Assembly (NCBI RefSeq): GCF_009914755.1
Contig: NC_060942.1
Source of the DNA: the human T2T-CHM13v2.0 reference genome, Homo sapiens
Direction: 5' to 3' (one strand)
Length of the DNA: 64,000 nt
Shown here in pieces: positions 10,701 to 25,700 of the stretch. The translations under genes were made by a program, and so were the position numbers. The notes below the pieces were generated by a model. That model saw nothing but the letters and a program-made list of their open reading frames with translations, searched no databases and was not told the DNA's origin. Every line of letters starts with the position of its first letter. Positions within the stretch are counted from its first letter, which is position 1.

Positions 10701-13700
10701 TCCTTTTGTAGTATCTGGAAGTGGACATTTGGAGCGCTTTCAGGCCTATGTTGGAAAAGGAAATATCTTCCCATAACAACTAGACAGAAGCATTCTCAGA
10801 AACTTATTTGAGATGTGTGTACTCAACTAAGAGAATTGAACCACCGTTTTGAAGGAGCAGTTTTGAAACTCTCTTTTTCTGGAATCTGCAAGTGGATATT
10901 TGGCTAGCTTTGGGGATTTCGCTGGAAGCGGGAATACATATAAAAAGCACACAGCAGCGTTCTGAGAAACTGCTTTCTGATGTTTGCATTCAAGTCAAAA
11001 GTTGAACACTCCCTTTCATAGAGCAGTCCTGAAACACCCCTTTTGTAGTATCTGGAACTGGACTTTTGGAGCGATTTCAGGGCTAAGGTGAAAAAGGAAA
11101 TATCTTCCCATAAAAACTGGACAGAAGCATTCTCAGAAACTTGTTTATGCTGTATCTACTCAACTAACAAAGTTGAACCTTTCTTTTGATAGAGCAGTTT
11201 TGAAATGGTCTTTTTGTGGAATCTGCAAGTGGATATTTGGCTAGTTTTGAGGATTTCGTTGGAAGCGGGAATTCATACAAATTGCAGACTGCAGCGTTCT
11301 GAGAAACATCTTTGTGATGTTTGTATTCAGGACACAGAGTTGAACATTCCCTATCATAGAGCAGGTTGGAATCACTCCTTTTGTAGTATCTGGAAGTGGA
11401 CATTTGGAGCGCTTTCAGGCCTATTTTGGAAAGGGAAATATCTTCCCGTAACAACTATGCAGAAGCATTCTCAGAAACTTGTTTGTGATGTGTGCCCTCT
11501 ACTGACAGAGTTGAACCTTTCTTTTCATAGAGCAGTTTTGAAACACTCTTTTTGTAGAATCTGCAAGAGGATATTTGCATAGCTTTGAGGATTTCGTGGG
11601 AAACGGGATTGTCTTCAGGTAAAATCTAGACAGAAGCATTCTCAGAAACTTCTTTGGGATGTTTGCATTCAAGTCACAGAGTAGAACATTCCCTTTGGTA
11701 GAGCAGGTTTGAAACACTCTTTTTGTAGTATCTGGAAGTGGACATTTGGAGCGCTTTCAGGCCCATGTTGGAAAGGGAAATATCTTCCCGTAACAACTAG
11801 GCAGAAGCATTCTCAGAAACTTATTTGAGATGTGTGTACTCAACTAAGAGAATTGAACCACCGTTTTGAAGGAGCAGTTTTGAAACACTCTTTTTCTGGA
11901 ATCTGCAAGAGTATATTTGCCTAGCCTTGAGGATTTCGTTGGAAACGGGATTGTCTTCAGAGAAAATCTAGACAGAAGCATTCTCAGAAACTTCTTTGGG
12001 ATGCTTGCATTCAAGTCACAGAGTAGAACATTCCCTTTGGTAGAGCAGGTTTGAAACACTCTTTTTTTAGTATCTGGAAGTGGACATTTGGAGCGCTTTC
12101 AGGCCTACGTTGGAAAAGGAAATATCTTCCCATAACAACTAGACAGAAGCATTCTCAGAAACTAGTTTCTGATGTGTGTCCTCAACTAACACAGTTGAAC
12201 ATTTCTTTAGACAGAACAGTTTTGAAACACTCTTTTTGTGGAATCTGCAAGTGGCTATTTGGCTAGATTTGAGGATTTCGTTGGAAACGGGATTACATAT
12301 AAAAAGCAGTCAGCGGCATTCTCAGAAAGTTCTTTGTGATGATTGCATTCAAGTCACAGAATTGAACATTCCCTTTCACAGAGCAGGTTTGAAACACTCT
12401 TTTTGTAGTGTGTGTAAGTGGACATTTGGAGCACTTACCGGCCTAAGGTGAAAAAGGAAATAATCTTCCCATAAAAACTAGACAGAAGCATTCTCAGAAA
12501 CTTACTCGTGATGTGTGTCCTCAACTAAAGGAGTAGAACCTTTCTTTTCATAGAGAAGTTTTGAAACGCTCTTTTTGTGGAATCTGCAAGTGGATATTTG
12601 GCTAGTTTTGAGGATTTCGTTGGAAGCGGGAATTCATACAAATTGCAGACTGCAGCGTTCTGAGAAACAACTTTGTGATGTTTGTATTCAGGACACAGAG
12701 TTGAACATTCCCTATCATAGAGCAGGTTTGAATCACTCCTTTTGTAGTATCTGGAAGTGGACATTTGGAGCGCTTTCAGGCCTATGTTGGAAAAGGAAAT
12801 ATCTTCCCATAACAACTAGACAGAAGCATTCTCAGAAACTTATTTGAGATGTGTGTACTCAACTAAGAGAATTGAACCACCGTTTTGAAGGAGCAGTTTT
12901 GAAACTCTCTTTTTCTGGAATCTGCAAGTGGATATTTGGCTAGCTTTGGGGATTTCGCTGGAAGCGGGAATACATATAAAAAGCACACAGCAGCGTTCTG
13001 AGAAACTGCTTTCTGATGTTTGCATTCAAGTCAAAAGTTGAACACTCCCTTTCATAGAGCAGTCCTGAAACACCCCTTTTGTAGTATCTGGAACTGGACT
13101 TTTGGAGCGATTTCAGGGCTAAGGTGAAAAAGGAAATATCTTCCCATAAAAACTGGACAGAAGCATTCTCAGAAACTTGGTTATGCTGTATCTACTCAAC
13201 TAACAAAGTTGAACCTTTCTTTTGATAGAGCAGTTTTGAAATGGTCTTTTTGTGGAATCTGCAAGTGGATATTTGGCTAGTTTTGAGGATTTCGTTGGAA
13301 GCGGGAATTCATACAAATTGCAGACTGCAGCGTTCTGAGAAACATCTTTGTGATGTTTGTATTCAGGACACAGAGTTGAACATTCCCTATCATAGAGCAG
13401 GTTGGAATCACTCCTTTTGTAGTATCTGGAAGTGGACATTTGGAGCGCTTTCAGGCCTATTTTGGAAAGGGAAATATCTTCCCGTAACAACTATGCAGAA
13501 GCATTCTCAGAAACTTGTTTGTGATGTGTGCCCTCTACTGACAGAGTTGAACCTTTCTTTTCATAGAGCAGTTTTGAAACACTCTTTTTGTAGAATCTGC
13601 AAGAGGATATTTGCATAGCTTTGAGGATTTCGTGGGAAACGGGATTGTCTTCAGGTAAAATCTAGACAGAAGCATTCTCAGAAACTTCTTTGGGATGTTT

Positions 13701-16700
13701 GCATTCAAGTCACAGAGTAGAACATTCCCTTTGGTAGAGCAGGTTTGAAACACTCTTTTTGTAGTATCTGGAAGTGGACATTTGGAGCGCTTTCAGGCCC
13801 ATGTTGGAAAGGGAAATATCTTCCCGTAACAACTAGGCAGAAGCATTCTCAGAAACTTATTTGAGATGTGTGTACTCAACTAAGAGAATTGAACCACCGT
13901 TTTGAAGGAGCAGTTTTGAAACACTCTTTTTCTGGAATCTGCAAGAGTATATTTGCCTAGCCTTGAGGATTTCGTTGGAAACGGGATTGTCTTCAGAGAA
14001 AATCTAGACAGAAGCATTCTCAGAAACTTCTTTGGGATGCTTGCATTCAAGTCACAGAGTAGAACATTCCCTTTGGTAGAGCAGGTTTGAAACACTCTTT
14101 TTTTAGTATCTGGAAGTGGACATTTGGAGCGCTTTCAGGCCTACGTTGGAAAAGGAAATATCTTCCCATAACAACTAGACAGAAGCATTCTCAGAAACTA
14201 GTTTCTGATGTGTGTCCTCAACTAACACAGTTGAACATTTCTTTAGACAGAACAGTTTTGAAACACTCTTTTTGTGGAATCTGCAAGTGGCTATTTGGCT
14301 AGATTTGAGGATTTCGTTGGAAACGGGATTACATATAAAAAGCAGTCAGCGGCATTCTCAGAAAGTTCTTTGTGATGATTGCATTCAAGTCACAGAATTG
14401 AACATTCCCTTTCACAGAGCAGGTTTGAAACACTCTTTTTGTAGTGTGTGTAAGTGGACATTTGGAGCACTTACCGGCCTAAGGTGAAAAAGGAAATAAT
14501 CTTCCCATAAAAACTAGACAGAAGCATTCTCAGAAACTTACTCGTGATGTGTGTCCTCAACTAAAGGAGTAGAACCTTTCTTTTCATAGAGAAGTTTTGA
14601 AACGCTCTTTTTGTGGAATCTGCAAGTGGATATTTGGCTAGTTTTGAGGATTTCGTTGGAAGCGGGAATTCATACAAATTGCAGACTGCAGCGTTCTGAG
14701 AAACATCTTTGTGATGTTTGTATTCAGGACACAGAGTTGAACATTCCCTATCATAGAGCAGGTTTGAATCACTCCTTTTGTAGTATCTGGAAGTGGACAT
14801 TTGGAGCGCTTTCAGGCCTATGTTGGAAAAGGAAATATCTTCCCATAACAACTAGACAGAAGCATTCTCAGAAACTTATTTGAGATGTGTGTACTCAACT
14901 AAGAGAATTGAACCACCGTTTTGAAGGAGCAGTTTTGAAACTCTCTTTTTCTGGAATCTGCAAGTGGATATTTGGCTAGCTTTGGGGATTTCGCTGGAAG
15001 CGGGAATACATATAAAAAGCACACAGCAGCGTTCTGAGAAACTGCTTTCTGATGTTTGCATTCAAGTCAAAAGTTGAACACTCCCTTTCATAGAGCAGTC
15101 CTGAAACACCCCTTTTGTAGTATCTGGAACTGGACTTTTGGAGCGATTTCAGGGCTAAGGTGAAAAAGGAAATATCTTCCCATAAAAACTGGACAGAAGC
15201 ATTCTCAGAAACTTGTTTATGCTGTATCTACTCAACTAACAAAGTTGAACCTTTCTTTTGATAGAGCAGTTTTGAAATGGTCTTTTTGTGGAATCTGCAA
15301 GTGGATATTTGGCTAGTTTTGAGGATTTCGTTGGAAGCGGGAATTCATACAAATTGCAGACTGCAGCGTTCTGAGAAACATCTTTGTGATGTTTGTATTC
15401 AGGACACAGAGTTGAACATTCCCTATCATAGAGCAGGTTGGAATCACTCCTTTTGTAGTATCTGGAAGTGGACATTTGGAGCGCTTTCAGGCCTATTTTG
15501 GAAAGGGAAATATCTTCCCGTAACAACTATGCAGAAGCATTCTCAGAAACTTGTTTGTGATGTGTGCCCTCTACTGACAGAGTTGAACCTTTCTTTTCAT
15601 AGAGCAGTTTTGAAACACTCTTTTTGTAGAATCTGCAAGAGGATATTTGCATAGCTTTGAGGATTTCGTGGGAAACGGGATTGTCTTCAGGTAAAATCTA
15701 GACAGAAGCATTCTCAGAAACTTCTTTGGGATGTTTGCATTCAAGTCACAGAGTAGAACATTCCCTTTGGTAGAGCAGGTTTGAAACACTCTTTTTGTAG
15801 TATCTGGAAGTGGACATTTGGAGCGCTTTCAGGCCCATGTTGGAAAGGGAAATATCTTCCCGTAACAACTAGGCAGAAGCATTCTCAGAAACTTATTTGA
15901 GATGTGTGTACTCAACTAAGAGAATTGAACCACCGTTTTGAAGGAGCAGTTTTGAAACACTCTTTTTCTGGAATCTGCAAGAGTATATTTGCCTAGCCTT
16001 GAGGATTTCGTTGGAAACGGGATTGTCTTCAGAGAAAATCTAGACAGAAGCATTCTCAGAAACTTCTTTGGGATGCTTGCATTCAAGTCACAGAGTAGAA
16101 CATTCCCTTTGGTAGAGCAGGTTTGAAACACTCTTTTTGTAGTATCTGGAAGTGGACATTTGGAGCGCTTTCAGGCCTACGTTGGAAAAGGAAATATCTT
16201 CCCATAACAACTAGACAGAAGCATTCTCAGAAACTAGTTTCTGATGTGTGTCCTCAACTAACACAGTTGAACATTTCTTTAGACAGAACAGTTTTGAAAC
16301 ACTCTTTTTGTGGAATCTGCAAGTGGCTATTTGGCTAGATTTGAGGATTTCGTTGGAAACGGGATTACATATAAAAAGCAGTCAGCGGCATTCTCAGAAA
16401 GTTCTTTGTGATGATTGCATTCAAGTCACAGAATTGAACATTCCCTTTCACAGAGCAGGTTTGAAACACTCTTTTTGTAGTGTGTGTAAGTGGACATTTG
16501 GAGCACTTACCGGCCTAAGGTGAAAAAGGAAATAATCTTCCCATAAAAACTAGACAGAAGCATTCTCAGAAACTTACTCGTGATGTGTGTCCTCAACTAA
16601 AGGAGTAGAACCTTTCTTTTCATAGAGAAGTTTTGAAACGCTCTTTTTGTGGAATCTGCAAGTGGATATTTGGCTAGTTTTGAGGATTTCGTTGGAAGCG

Positions 16701-19700
16701 GGAATTCATACAAATTGCAGACTGCAGCGTTCTGAGAAACATCTTTGTGATGTTTGTATTCAGGACACAGAGTTGAACATTCCCTATCATAGAGCAGGTT
16801 TGAATCACTCCTTTTGTAGTATCTGGAAGTGGACATTTGGAGCGCTTTCAGGCCTATGTTGGAAAAGGAAATATCTTCCCATAACAACTAGACAGAAGCA
16901 TTCTCAGAAACTTATTTGAGATGTGTGTACTCAACTAAGAGAATTGAACCACCGTTTTGAAGGAGCAGTTTTGAAACTCTCTTTTTCTGGAATCTGCAAG
17001 TGGATATTTGGCTAGCTTTGGGGATTTCGCTGGAAGCGGGAATACATATAAAAAGCACACAGCAGCGTTCTGAGAAACTGCTTTCTGATGTTTGCATTCA
17101 AGTCAAAAGTTGAACACTCCCTTTCATAGAGCAGTCCTGAAACACCCCTTTTGTAGTATCTGGAACTGGACTTTTGGAGCGATTTCAGGGCTAAGGTGAA
17201 AAAGGAAATATCTTCCCATAAAAACTGGACAGAAGCATTCTCAGAAACTTGTTTATGCTGTATCTACTCAACTAACAAAGTTGAACCTTTCTTTTGATAG
17301 AGCAGTTTTGAAATGGTCTTTTTGTGGAATCTGCAAGTGGATATTTGGCTAGTTTTGAGGATTTCGTTGGAAGCGGGAATTCATACAAATTGCAGACTGC
17401 AGCGTTCTGAGAAACATCTTTGTGATGTTTGTATTCAGGACACAGAGTTGAACATTCCCTATCATAGAGCAGGTTGGAATCACTCCTTTTGTAGTATCTG
17501 GAAGTGGACATTTGGAGCGCTTTCAGGCCTATTTTGGAAAGGGAAATATCTTCCCGTAACAACTATGCAGAAGCATTCTCAGAAACTTGTTTGTGATGTG
17601 TGCCCTCTACTGACAGAGTTGAACCTTTCTTTTCATAGAGCAGTTTTGAAACACTCTTTTTGTAGAATCTGCAAGAGGATATTTGCATAGCTTTGAGGAT
17701 TTCGTGGGAAACGGGATTGTCTTCAGGTAAAATCTAGACAGAAGCATTCTCAGAAACTTCTTTGGGATGTTTGCATTCAAGTCACAGAGTAGAACATTCC
17801 CTTTGGTAGAGCAGGTTTGAAACACTCTTTTTGTAGTATCTGGAAGTGGACATTTGGAGCGCTTTCAGGCCCATGTTGGAAAGGGAAATATCTTCCCGTA
17901 ACAACTAGGCAGAAGCATTCTCAGAAACTTATTTGAGATGTGTGTACTCAACTAAGAGAATTGAACCACCGTTTTGAAGGAGCAGTTTTGAAACACTCTT
18001 TTTCTGGAATCTGCAAGAGTATATTTGCCTAGCCTTGAGGATTTCGTTGGAAACGGGATTGTCTTCAGAGAAAATCTAGACAGAAGCATTCTCAGAAACT
18101 TCTTTGGGATGCTTGCATTCAAGTCACAGAGTAGAACATTCCCTTTGGTAGAGCAGGTTTGAAACACTCTTTTTTTAGTATCTGGAAGTGGACATTTGGA
18201 GCGCTTTCAGGCCTACGTTGGAAAAGGAAATATCTTCCCATAACAACTAGACAGAAGCATTCTCAGAAACTAGTTTCTGATGTGTGTCCTCAACTAACAC
18301 AGTTGAACATTTCTTTAGACAGAACAGTTTTGAAACACTCTTTTTGTGGAATCTGCAAGTGGCTATTTGGCTAGATTTGAGGATTTCGTTGGAAACGGGA
18401 TTACATATAAAAAGCAGTCAGCGGCATTCTCAGAAAGTTCTTTGTGATGATTGCATTCAAGTCACAGAATTGAACATTCCCTTTCACAGAGCAGGTTTGA
18501 AACACTCTTTTTGTAGTGTGTGTAAGTGGACATTTGGAGCACTTACCGGCCTAAGGTGAAAAAGGAAATAATCTTCCCATAAAAACTAGACAGAAGCATT
18601 CTCAGAAACTTACTCGTGATGTGTGTCCTCAACTAAAGGAGTAGAACCTTTCTTTTCATAGAGAAGTTTTGAAACGCTCTTTTTGTGGAATCTGCAAGTG
18701 GATATTTGGCTAGTTTTGAGGATTTCGTTGGAAGCGGGAATTCATACAAATTGCAGACTGCAGCGTTCTGAGAAACATCTTTGTGATGTTTGTATTCAGG
18801 ACACAGAGTTGAACATTCCCTATCATAGAGCAGGTTGGAATCACTCCTTTTGTAGTATCTGGAAGTGGACATTTGGAGCGCTTTCAGGCCTATGTTGGAA
18901 AAGGAAATATCTTCCCATAACAACTAGACAGAAGCATTCTCAGAAACTTATTTGAGATGTGTGTACTCAACTAAGAGAATTGAACCACCGTTTTGAAGGA
19001 GCAGTTTTGAAACTCTCTTTTTCTGGAATCTGCAAGTGGATATTTGGCTAGCTTTGGGGATTTCGCTGGAAGCGGGAATACATATAAAAAGCACACAGCA
19101 GCGTTCTGAGAAACTGCTTTCTGATGTTTGCATTCAAGTCAAAAGTTGAACACTCCCTTTCATAGAGCAGTCCTGAAACACCCCTTTTGTAGTATCTGGA
19201 ACTGGACTTTTGGAGCGATTTCAGGGCTAAGGTGAAAAAGGAAATATCTTCCCATAAAAACTGGACAGAAGCATTCTCAGAAACTTGTTTATGCTGTATC
19301 TACTCAACTAACAAAGTTGAACCTTTCTTTTGATAGAGCAGTTTTGAAATGGTCTTTTTGTGGAATCTGCAAGTGGATATTTGGCTAGTTTTGAGGATTT
19401 CGTTGGAAGCGGGAATTCATACAAATTGCAGACTGCAGCGTTCTGAGAAACATCTTTGTGATGTTTGTATTCAGGACACAGAGTTGAACATTCCCTATCA
19501 TAGAGCAGGTTGGAATCACTCCTTTTGTAGTATCTGGAAGTGGACATTTGGAGCGCTTTCAGGCCTATTTTGGAAAGGGAAATATCTTCCCGTAACAACT
19601 ATGCAGAAGCATTCTCAGAAACTTGTTTGTGATGTGTGCCCTCTACTGACAGAGTTGAACCTTTCTTTTCATAGAGCAGTTTTGAAACACTCTTTTTGTA

Positions 19701-22700
19701 GAATCTGCAAGAGGATATTTGCATAGCTTTGAGGATTTCGTGGGAAACGGGATTGTCTTCAGGTAAAATCTAGACAGAAGCATTCTCAGAAACTTCTTTG
19801 GGATGTTTGCATTCAAGTCACAGAGTAGAACATTCCCTTTGGTAGAGCAGGTTTGAAACACTCTTTTTGTAGTATCTGGAAGTGGACATTTGGAGCGCTT
19901 TCAGGCCCATGTTGGAAAGGGAAATATCTTCCCGTAACAACTAGGCAGAAGCATTCTCAGAAACTTATTTGAGATGTGTGTACTCAACTAAGAGAATTGA
20001 ACCACCGTTTTGAAGGAGCAGTTTTGAAACACTCTTTTTCTGGAATCTGCAAGAGTATATTTGCCTAGCCTTGAGGATTTCGTTGGAAACGGGATTGTCT
20101 TCAGAGAAAATCTAGACAGAAGCATTCTCAGAAACTTCTTTGGGATGCTTGCATTCAAGTCACAGAGTAGAACATTCCCTTTGGTAGAGCAGGTTTGAAA
20201 CACTCTTTTTTTAGTATCTGGAAGTGGACATTTGGAGCGCTTTCAGGCCTACGTTGGAAAAGGAAATATCTTCCCATAACAACTAGACAGAAGCATTCTC
20301 AGAAACTAGTTTCTGATGTGTGTCCTCAACTAACACAGTTGAACATTTCTTTAGACAGAACAGTTTTGAAACACTCTTTTTGTGGAATCTGCAAGTGGCT
20401 ATTTGGCTAGATTTGAGGATTTCGTTGGAAACGGGATTACATATAAAAAGCAGTCAGCGGCATTCTCAGAAAGTTCTTTGTGATGATTGCATTCAAGTCA
20501 CAGAATTGAACATTCCCTTTCACAGAGCAGGTTTGAAACACTCTTTTTGTAGTGTGTGTAAGTGGACATTTGGAGCACTTACCGGCCTAAGGTGAAAAAG
20601 GAAATAATCTTCCCATAAAAACTAGACAGAAGCATTCTCAGAAACTTACTCGTGATGTGTGTCCTCAACTAAAGGAGTAGAACCTTTCTTTTCATAGAGA
20701 AGTTTTGAAACGCTCTTTTTGTGGAATCTGCAAGTGGATATTTGGCTAGTTTTGAGGATTTCGTTGGAAGCGGGAATTCATACAAATTGCAGACTGCAGC
20801 GTTCTGAGAAACATCTTTGTGATGTTTGTATTCAGGACACAGAGTTGAACATTCCCTATCATAGAGCAGGTTTGAATCACTCCTTTTGTAGTATCTGGAA
20901 GTGGACATTTGGAGCGCTTTCAGGCCTATGTTGGAAAAGGAAATATCTTCCCATAACAACTAGACAGAAGCATTCTCAGAAACTTATTTGAGATGTGTGT
21001 ACTCAACTAAGAGAATTGAACCACCGTTTTGAAGGAGCAGTTTTGAAACTCTCTTTTTCTGGAATCTGCAAGTGGATATTTGGCTAGCTTTGGGGATTTC
21101 GCTGGAAGCGGGAATACATATAAAAAGCACACAGCAGCGTTCTGAGAAACTGCTTTCTGATGTTTGCATTCAAGTCAAAAGTTGAACACTCCCTTTCATA
21201 GAGCAGTCCTGAAACACCCCTTTTGTAGTATCTGGAACTGGACTTTTGGAGCGATTTCAGGGCTAAGGTGAAAAAGGAAATATCTTCCCATAAAAACTGG
21301 ACAGAAGCATTCTCAGAAACTTGTTTATGCTGTATCTACTCAACTAACAAAGTTGAACCTTTCTTTTGATAGAGCAGTTTTGAAATGCTCTTTTTGTGGA
21401 ATCTGCAAGTGGATATTTGGCTAGTTTTGAGGATTTCGTTGGAAGCGGGAATTCATACAAATTGCAGACTGCAGCGTTCTGAGAAACATCTTTGTGATGT
21501 TTGTATTCAGGACACAGAGTTGAACATTCCCTATCATAGAGCAGGTTGGAATCACTCCTTTTGTAGTATCTGGAAGTGGACATTTGGAGCGCTTTCAGGC
21601 CTATTTTGGAAAGGGAAATATCTTCCCGTAACAACTATGCAGAAGCATTCTCAGAAACTTGTTTGTGATGTGTGCCCTCTACTGACAGAGTTGAACCTTT
21701 CTTTTCATAGAGCAGTTTTGAAACACTCTTTTTGTAGAATCTGCAAGAGGATATTTGCATAGCTTTGAGGATTTCGTGGGAAACGGGATTGTCTTCAGGT
21801 AAAATCTAGACAGAAGCATTCTCAGAAACTTCTTTGGGATGTTTGCATTCAAGTCACAGAGTAGAACATTCCCTTTGGTAGAGCAGGTTTGAAACACTCT
21901 TTTTGTAGTATCTGGAAGTGGACATTTGGAGCGCTTTCAGGCCCATGTTGGAAAGGGAAATATCTTCCCGTAACAACTAGGCAGAAGCATTCTCAGAAAC
22001 TTATTTGAGATGTGTGTACTCAACTAAGAGAATTGAACCACCGTTTTGAAGGAGCAGTTTTGAAACACTCTTTTTCTGGAATCTGCAAGAGTATATTTGC
22101 CTAGCCTTGAGGATTTCGTTGGAAACGGGATTGTCTTCAGAGAAAATCTAGACAGAAGCATTCTCAGAAACTTCTTTGGGATGCTTGCATTCAAGTCACA
22201 GAGTAGAACATTCCCTTTGGTAGAGCAGGTTTGAAACACTCTTTTTTTAGTATCTGGAAGTGGACATTTGGAGCGCTTTCAGGCCTACGTTGGAAAAGGA
22301 AATATCTTCCCATAACAACTAGACAGAAGCATTCTCAGAAACTAGTTTCTGATGTGTGTCCTCAACTAACACAGTTGAACATTTCTTTAGACAGAACAGT
22401 TTTGAAACACTCTTTTTGTGGAATCTGCAAGTGGCTATTTGGCTAGATTTGAGGATTTCGTTGGAAACGGGATTACATATAAAAAGCAGTCAGCGGCATT
22501 CTCAGAAAGTTCTTTGTGATGATTGCATTCAAGTCACAGAATTGAACATTCCCTTTCACAGAGCAGGTTTGAAACACTCTTTTTGTAGTGTGTGTAAGTG
22601 GACATTTGGAGCACTTACCGGCCTAAGGTGAAAAAGGAAATAATCTTCCCATAAAAACTAGACAGAAGCATTCTCAGAAACTTACTCGTGATGTGTGTCC

Positions 22701-25700
22701 TCAACTAAAGGAGTAGAACCTTTCTTTTCATAGAGAAGTTTTGAAACGCTCTTTTTGTGGAATCTGCAAGTGGATATTTGGCTAGTTTTGAGGATTTCGT
22801 TGGAAGCGGGAATTCATACAAATTGCAGACTGCAGCGTTCTGAGAAACATCTTTGTGATGTTTGTATTCAGGACACAGAGTTGAACATTCCCTATCATAG
22901 AGCAGGTTTGAATCACTCCTTTTGTAGTATCTGGAAGTGGACATTTGGAGCGCTTTCAGGCCTATGTTGGAAAAGGAAATATCTTCCCATAACAACTAGA
23001 CAGAAGCATTCTCAGAAACTTATTTGAGATGTGTGTACTCAACTAAGAGAATTGAACCACCGTTTTGAAGGAGCAGTTTTGAAACTCTCTTTTTCTGGAA
23101 TCTGCAAGTGGATATTTGGCTAGCTTTGGGGATTTCGCTGGAAGCGGGAATACATATAAAAAGCACACAGCAGCGTTCTGAGAAACTGCTTTCTGATGTT
23201 TGCATTCAAGTCAAAAGTTGAACACTCCCTTTCATAGAGCAGTCCTGAAACACCCCTTTTGTAGTATCTGGAACTGGACTTTTGGAGCGATTTCAGGGCT
23301 AAGGTGAAAAAGGAAATATCTTCCCATAAAAACTGGACAGAAGCATTCTCAGAAACTTGTTTATGCTGTATCTACTCAACTAACAAAGTTGAACCTTTCT
23401 TTTGATAGAGCAGTTTTGAAATGGTCTTTTTGTGGAATCTGCAAGTGGATATTTGGCTAGTTTTGAGGATTTCGTTGGAAGCGGGAATTCATACAAATTG
23501 CAGACTGCAGCGTTCTGAGAAACATCTTTGTGATGTTTGTATTCAGGACACAGAGTTGAACATTCCCTATCATAGAGCAGGTTGGAATCACTCCTTTTGT
23601 AGTATCTGGAAGTGGACATTTGGAGCGCTTTCAGGCCTATTTTGGAAAGGGAAATATCTTCCCGTAACAACTATGCAGAAGCATTCTCAGAAACTTGTTT
23701 GTGATGTGTGCCCTCTACTGACAGAGTTGAACCTTTCTTTTCATAGAGCAGTTTTGAAACACTCTTTTTGTAGAATCTGCAAGAGGATATTTGCATAGCT
23801 TTGAGGATTTCGTGGGAAACGGGATTGTCTTCAGGTAAAATCTAGACAGAAGCATTCTCAGAAACTTCTTTGGGATGTTTGCATTCAAGTCACAGAGTAG
23901 AACATTCCCTTTGGTAGAGCAGGTTTGAAACACTCTTTTTGTAGTATCTGGAAGTGGACATTTGGAGCGCTTTCAGGCCCATGTTGGAAAGGGAAATATC
24001 TTCCCGTAACAACTAGGCAGAAGCATTCTCAGAAACTTATTTGAGATGTGTGTACTCAACTAAGAGAATTGAACCACCGTTTTGAAGGAGCAGTTTTGAA
24101 ACACTCTTTTTCTGGAATCTGCAAGAGTATATTTGCCTAGCCTTGAGGATTTCGTTGGAAACGGGATTGTCTTCAGAGAAAATCTAGACAGAAGCATTCT
24201 CAGAAACTTCTTTGGGATGCTTGCATTCAAGTCACAGAGTAGAACATTCCCTTTGGTAGAGCAGGTTTGAAACACTCTTTTTGTAGTATCTGGAAGTGGA
24301 CATTTGGAGCGCTTTCAGGCCTACGTTGGAAAAGGAAATATCTTCCCATAACAACTAGACAGAAGCATTCTCAGAAACTAGTTTCTGATGTGTGTCCTCA
24401 ACTAACACAGTTGAACATTTCTTTAGACAGAACAGTTTTGAAACACTCTTTTTGTGGAATCTGCAAGTGGCTATTTGGCTAGATTTGAGGATTTCGTTGG
24501 AAACGGGATTACATATAAAAAGCAGTCAGCGGCATTCTCAGAAACTTCTTTGTGATGATTGCATTCAAGTCACAGAATTGAACATTCCCTTTCACAGAGC
24601 AGGTTTGAAACACTCTTTTTGTAGTGTGTGTAAGTGGACATTTGGAGCACTTACCGGCCTAAGGTGAAAAAGGAAATAATCTTCCCATAAAAACTAGACA
24701 GAAGCATTCTCAGAAACTTACTCGTGATGTGTGTCCTCAACTAAAGGAGTAGAACCTTTCTTTTCATAGAGAAGTTTTGAAACGCTCTTTTTGTGGAATC
24801 TGCAAGTGGATATTTGGCTAGTTTTGAGGATTTCGTTGGAAGCGGGAATTCATACAAATTGCAGACTGCAGCGTTCTGAGAAACATCTTTGTGATGTTTG
24901 TATTCAGGACACAGAGTTGAACATTCCCTATCATAGAGCAGGTTTGAATCACTCCTTTTGTAGTATCTGGAAGTGGACATTTGGAGCGCTTTCAGGCCTA
25001 TGTTGGAAAAGGAAATATCTTCCCATAACAACTAGACAGAAGCATTCTCAGAAACTTATTTGAGATGTGTGTACTCAACTAAGAGAATTGAACCACCGTT
25101 TTGAAGGAGCAGTTTTGAAACTCTCTTTTTCTGGAATCTGCAAGTGGATATTTGGCTAGCTTTGGGGATTTCGCTGGAAGCGGGAATACATATAAAAAGC
25201 ACACAGCAGCGTTCTGAGAAACTGCTTTCTGATGTTTGCATTCAAGTCAAAAGTTGAACACTCCCTTTCATAGAGCAGTCCTGAAACACCCCTTTTGTAG
25301 TATCTGGAACTGGACTTTTGGAGCGATTTCAGGGCTAAGGTGAAAAAGGAAATATCTTCCCATAAAAACTGGACAGAAGCATTCTCAGAAACTTGTTTAT
25401 GCTGTATCTACTCAACTAACAAAGTTGAACCTTTCTTTTGATAGAGCAGTTTTGAAATGGTCTTTTTGTGGAATCTGCAAGTGGATATTTGGCTAGTTTT
25501 GAGGATTTCGTTGGAAGCGGGAATTCATACAAATTGCAGACTGCAGCGTTCTGAGAAACATCTTTGTGATGTTTGTATTCAGGACACAGAGTTGAACATT
25601 CCCTATCATAGAGCAGGTTGGAATCACTCCTTTTGTAGTATCTGGAAGTGGACATTTGGAGCGCTTTCAGGCCTATTTTGGAAAGGGAAATATCTTCCCG

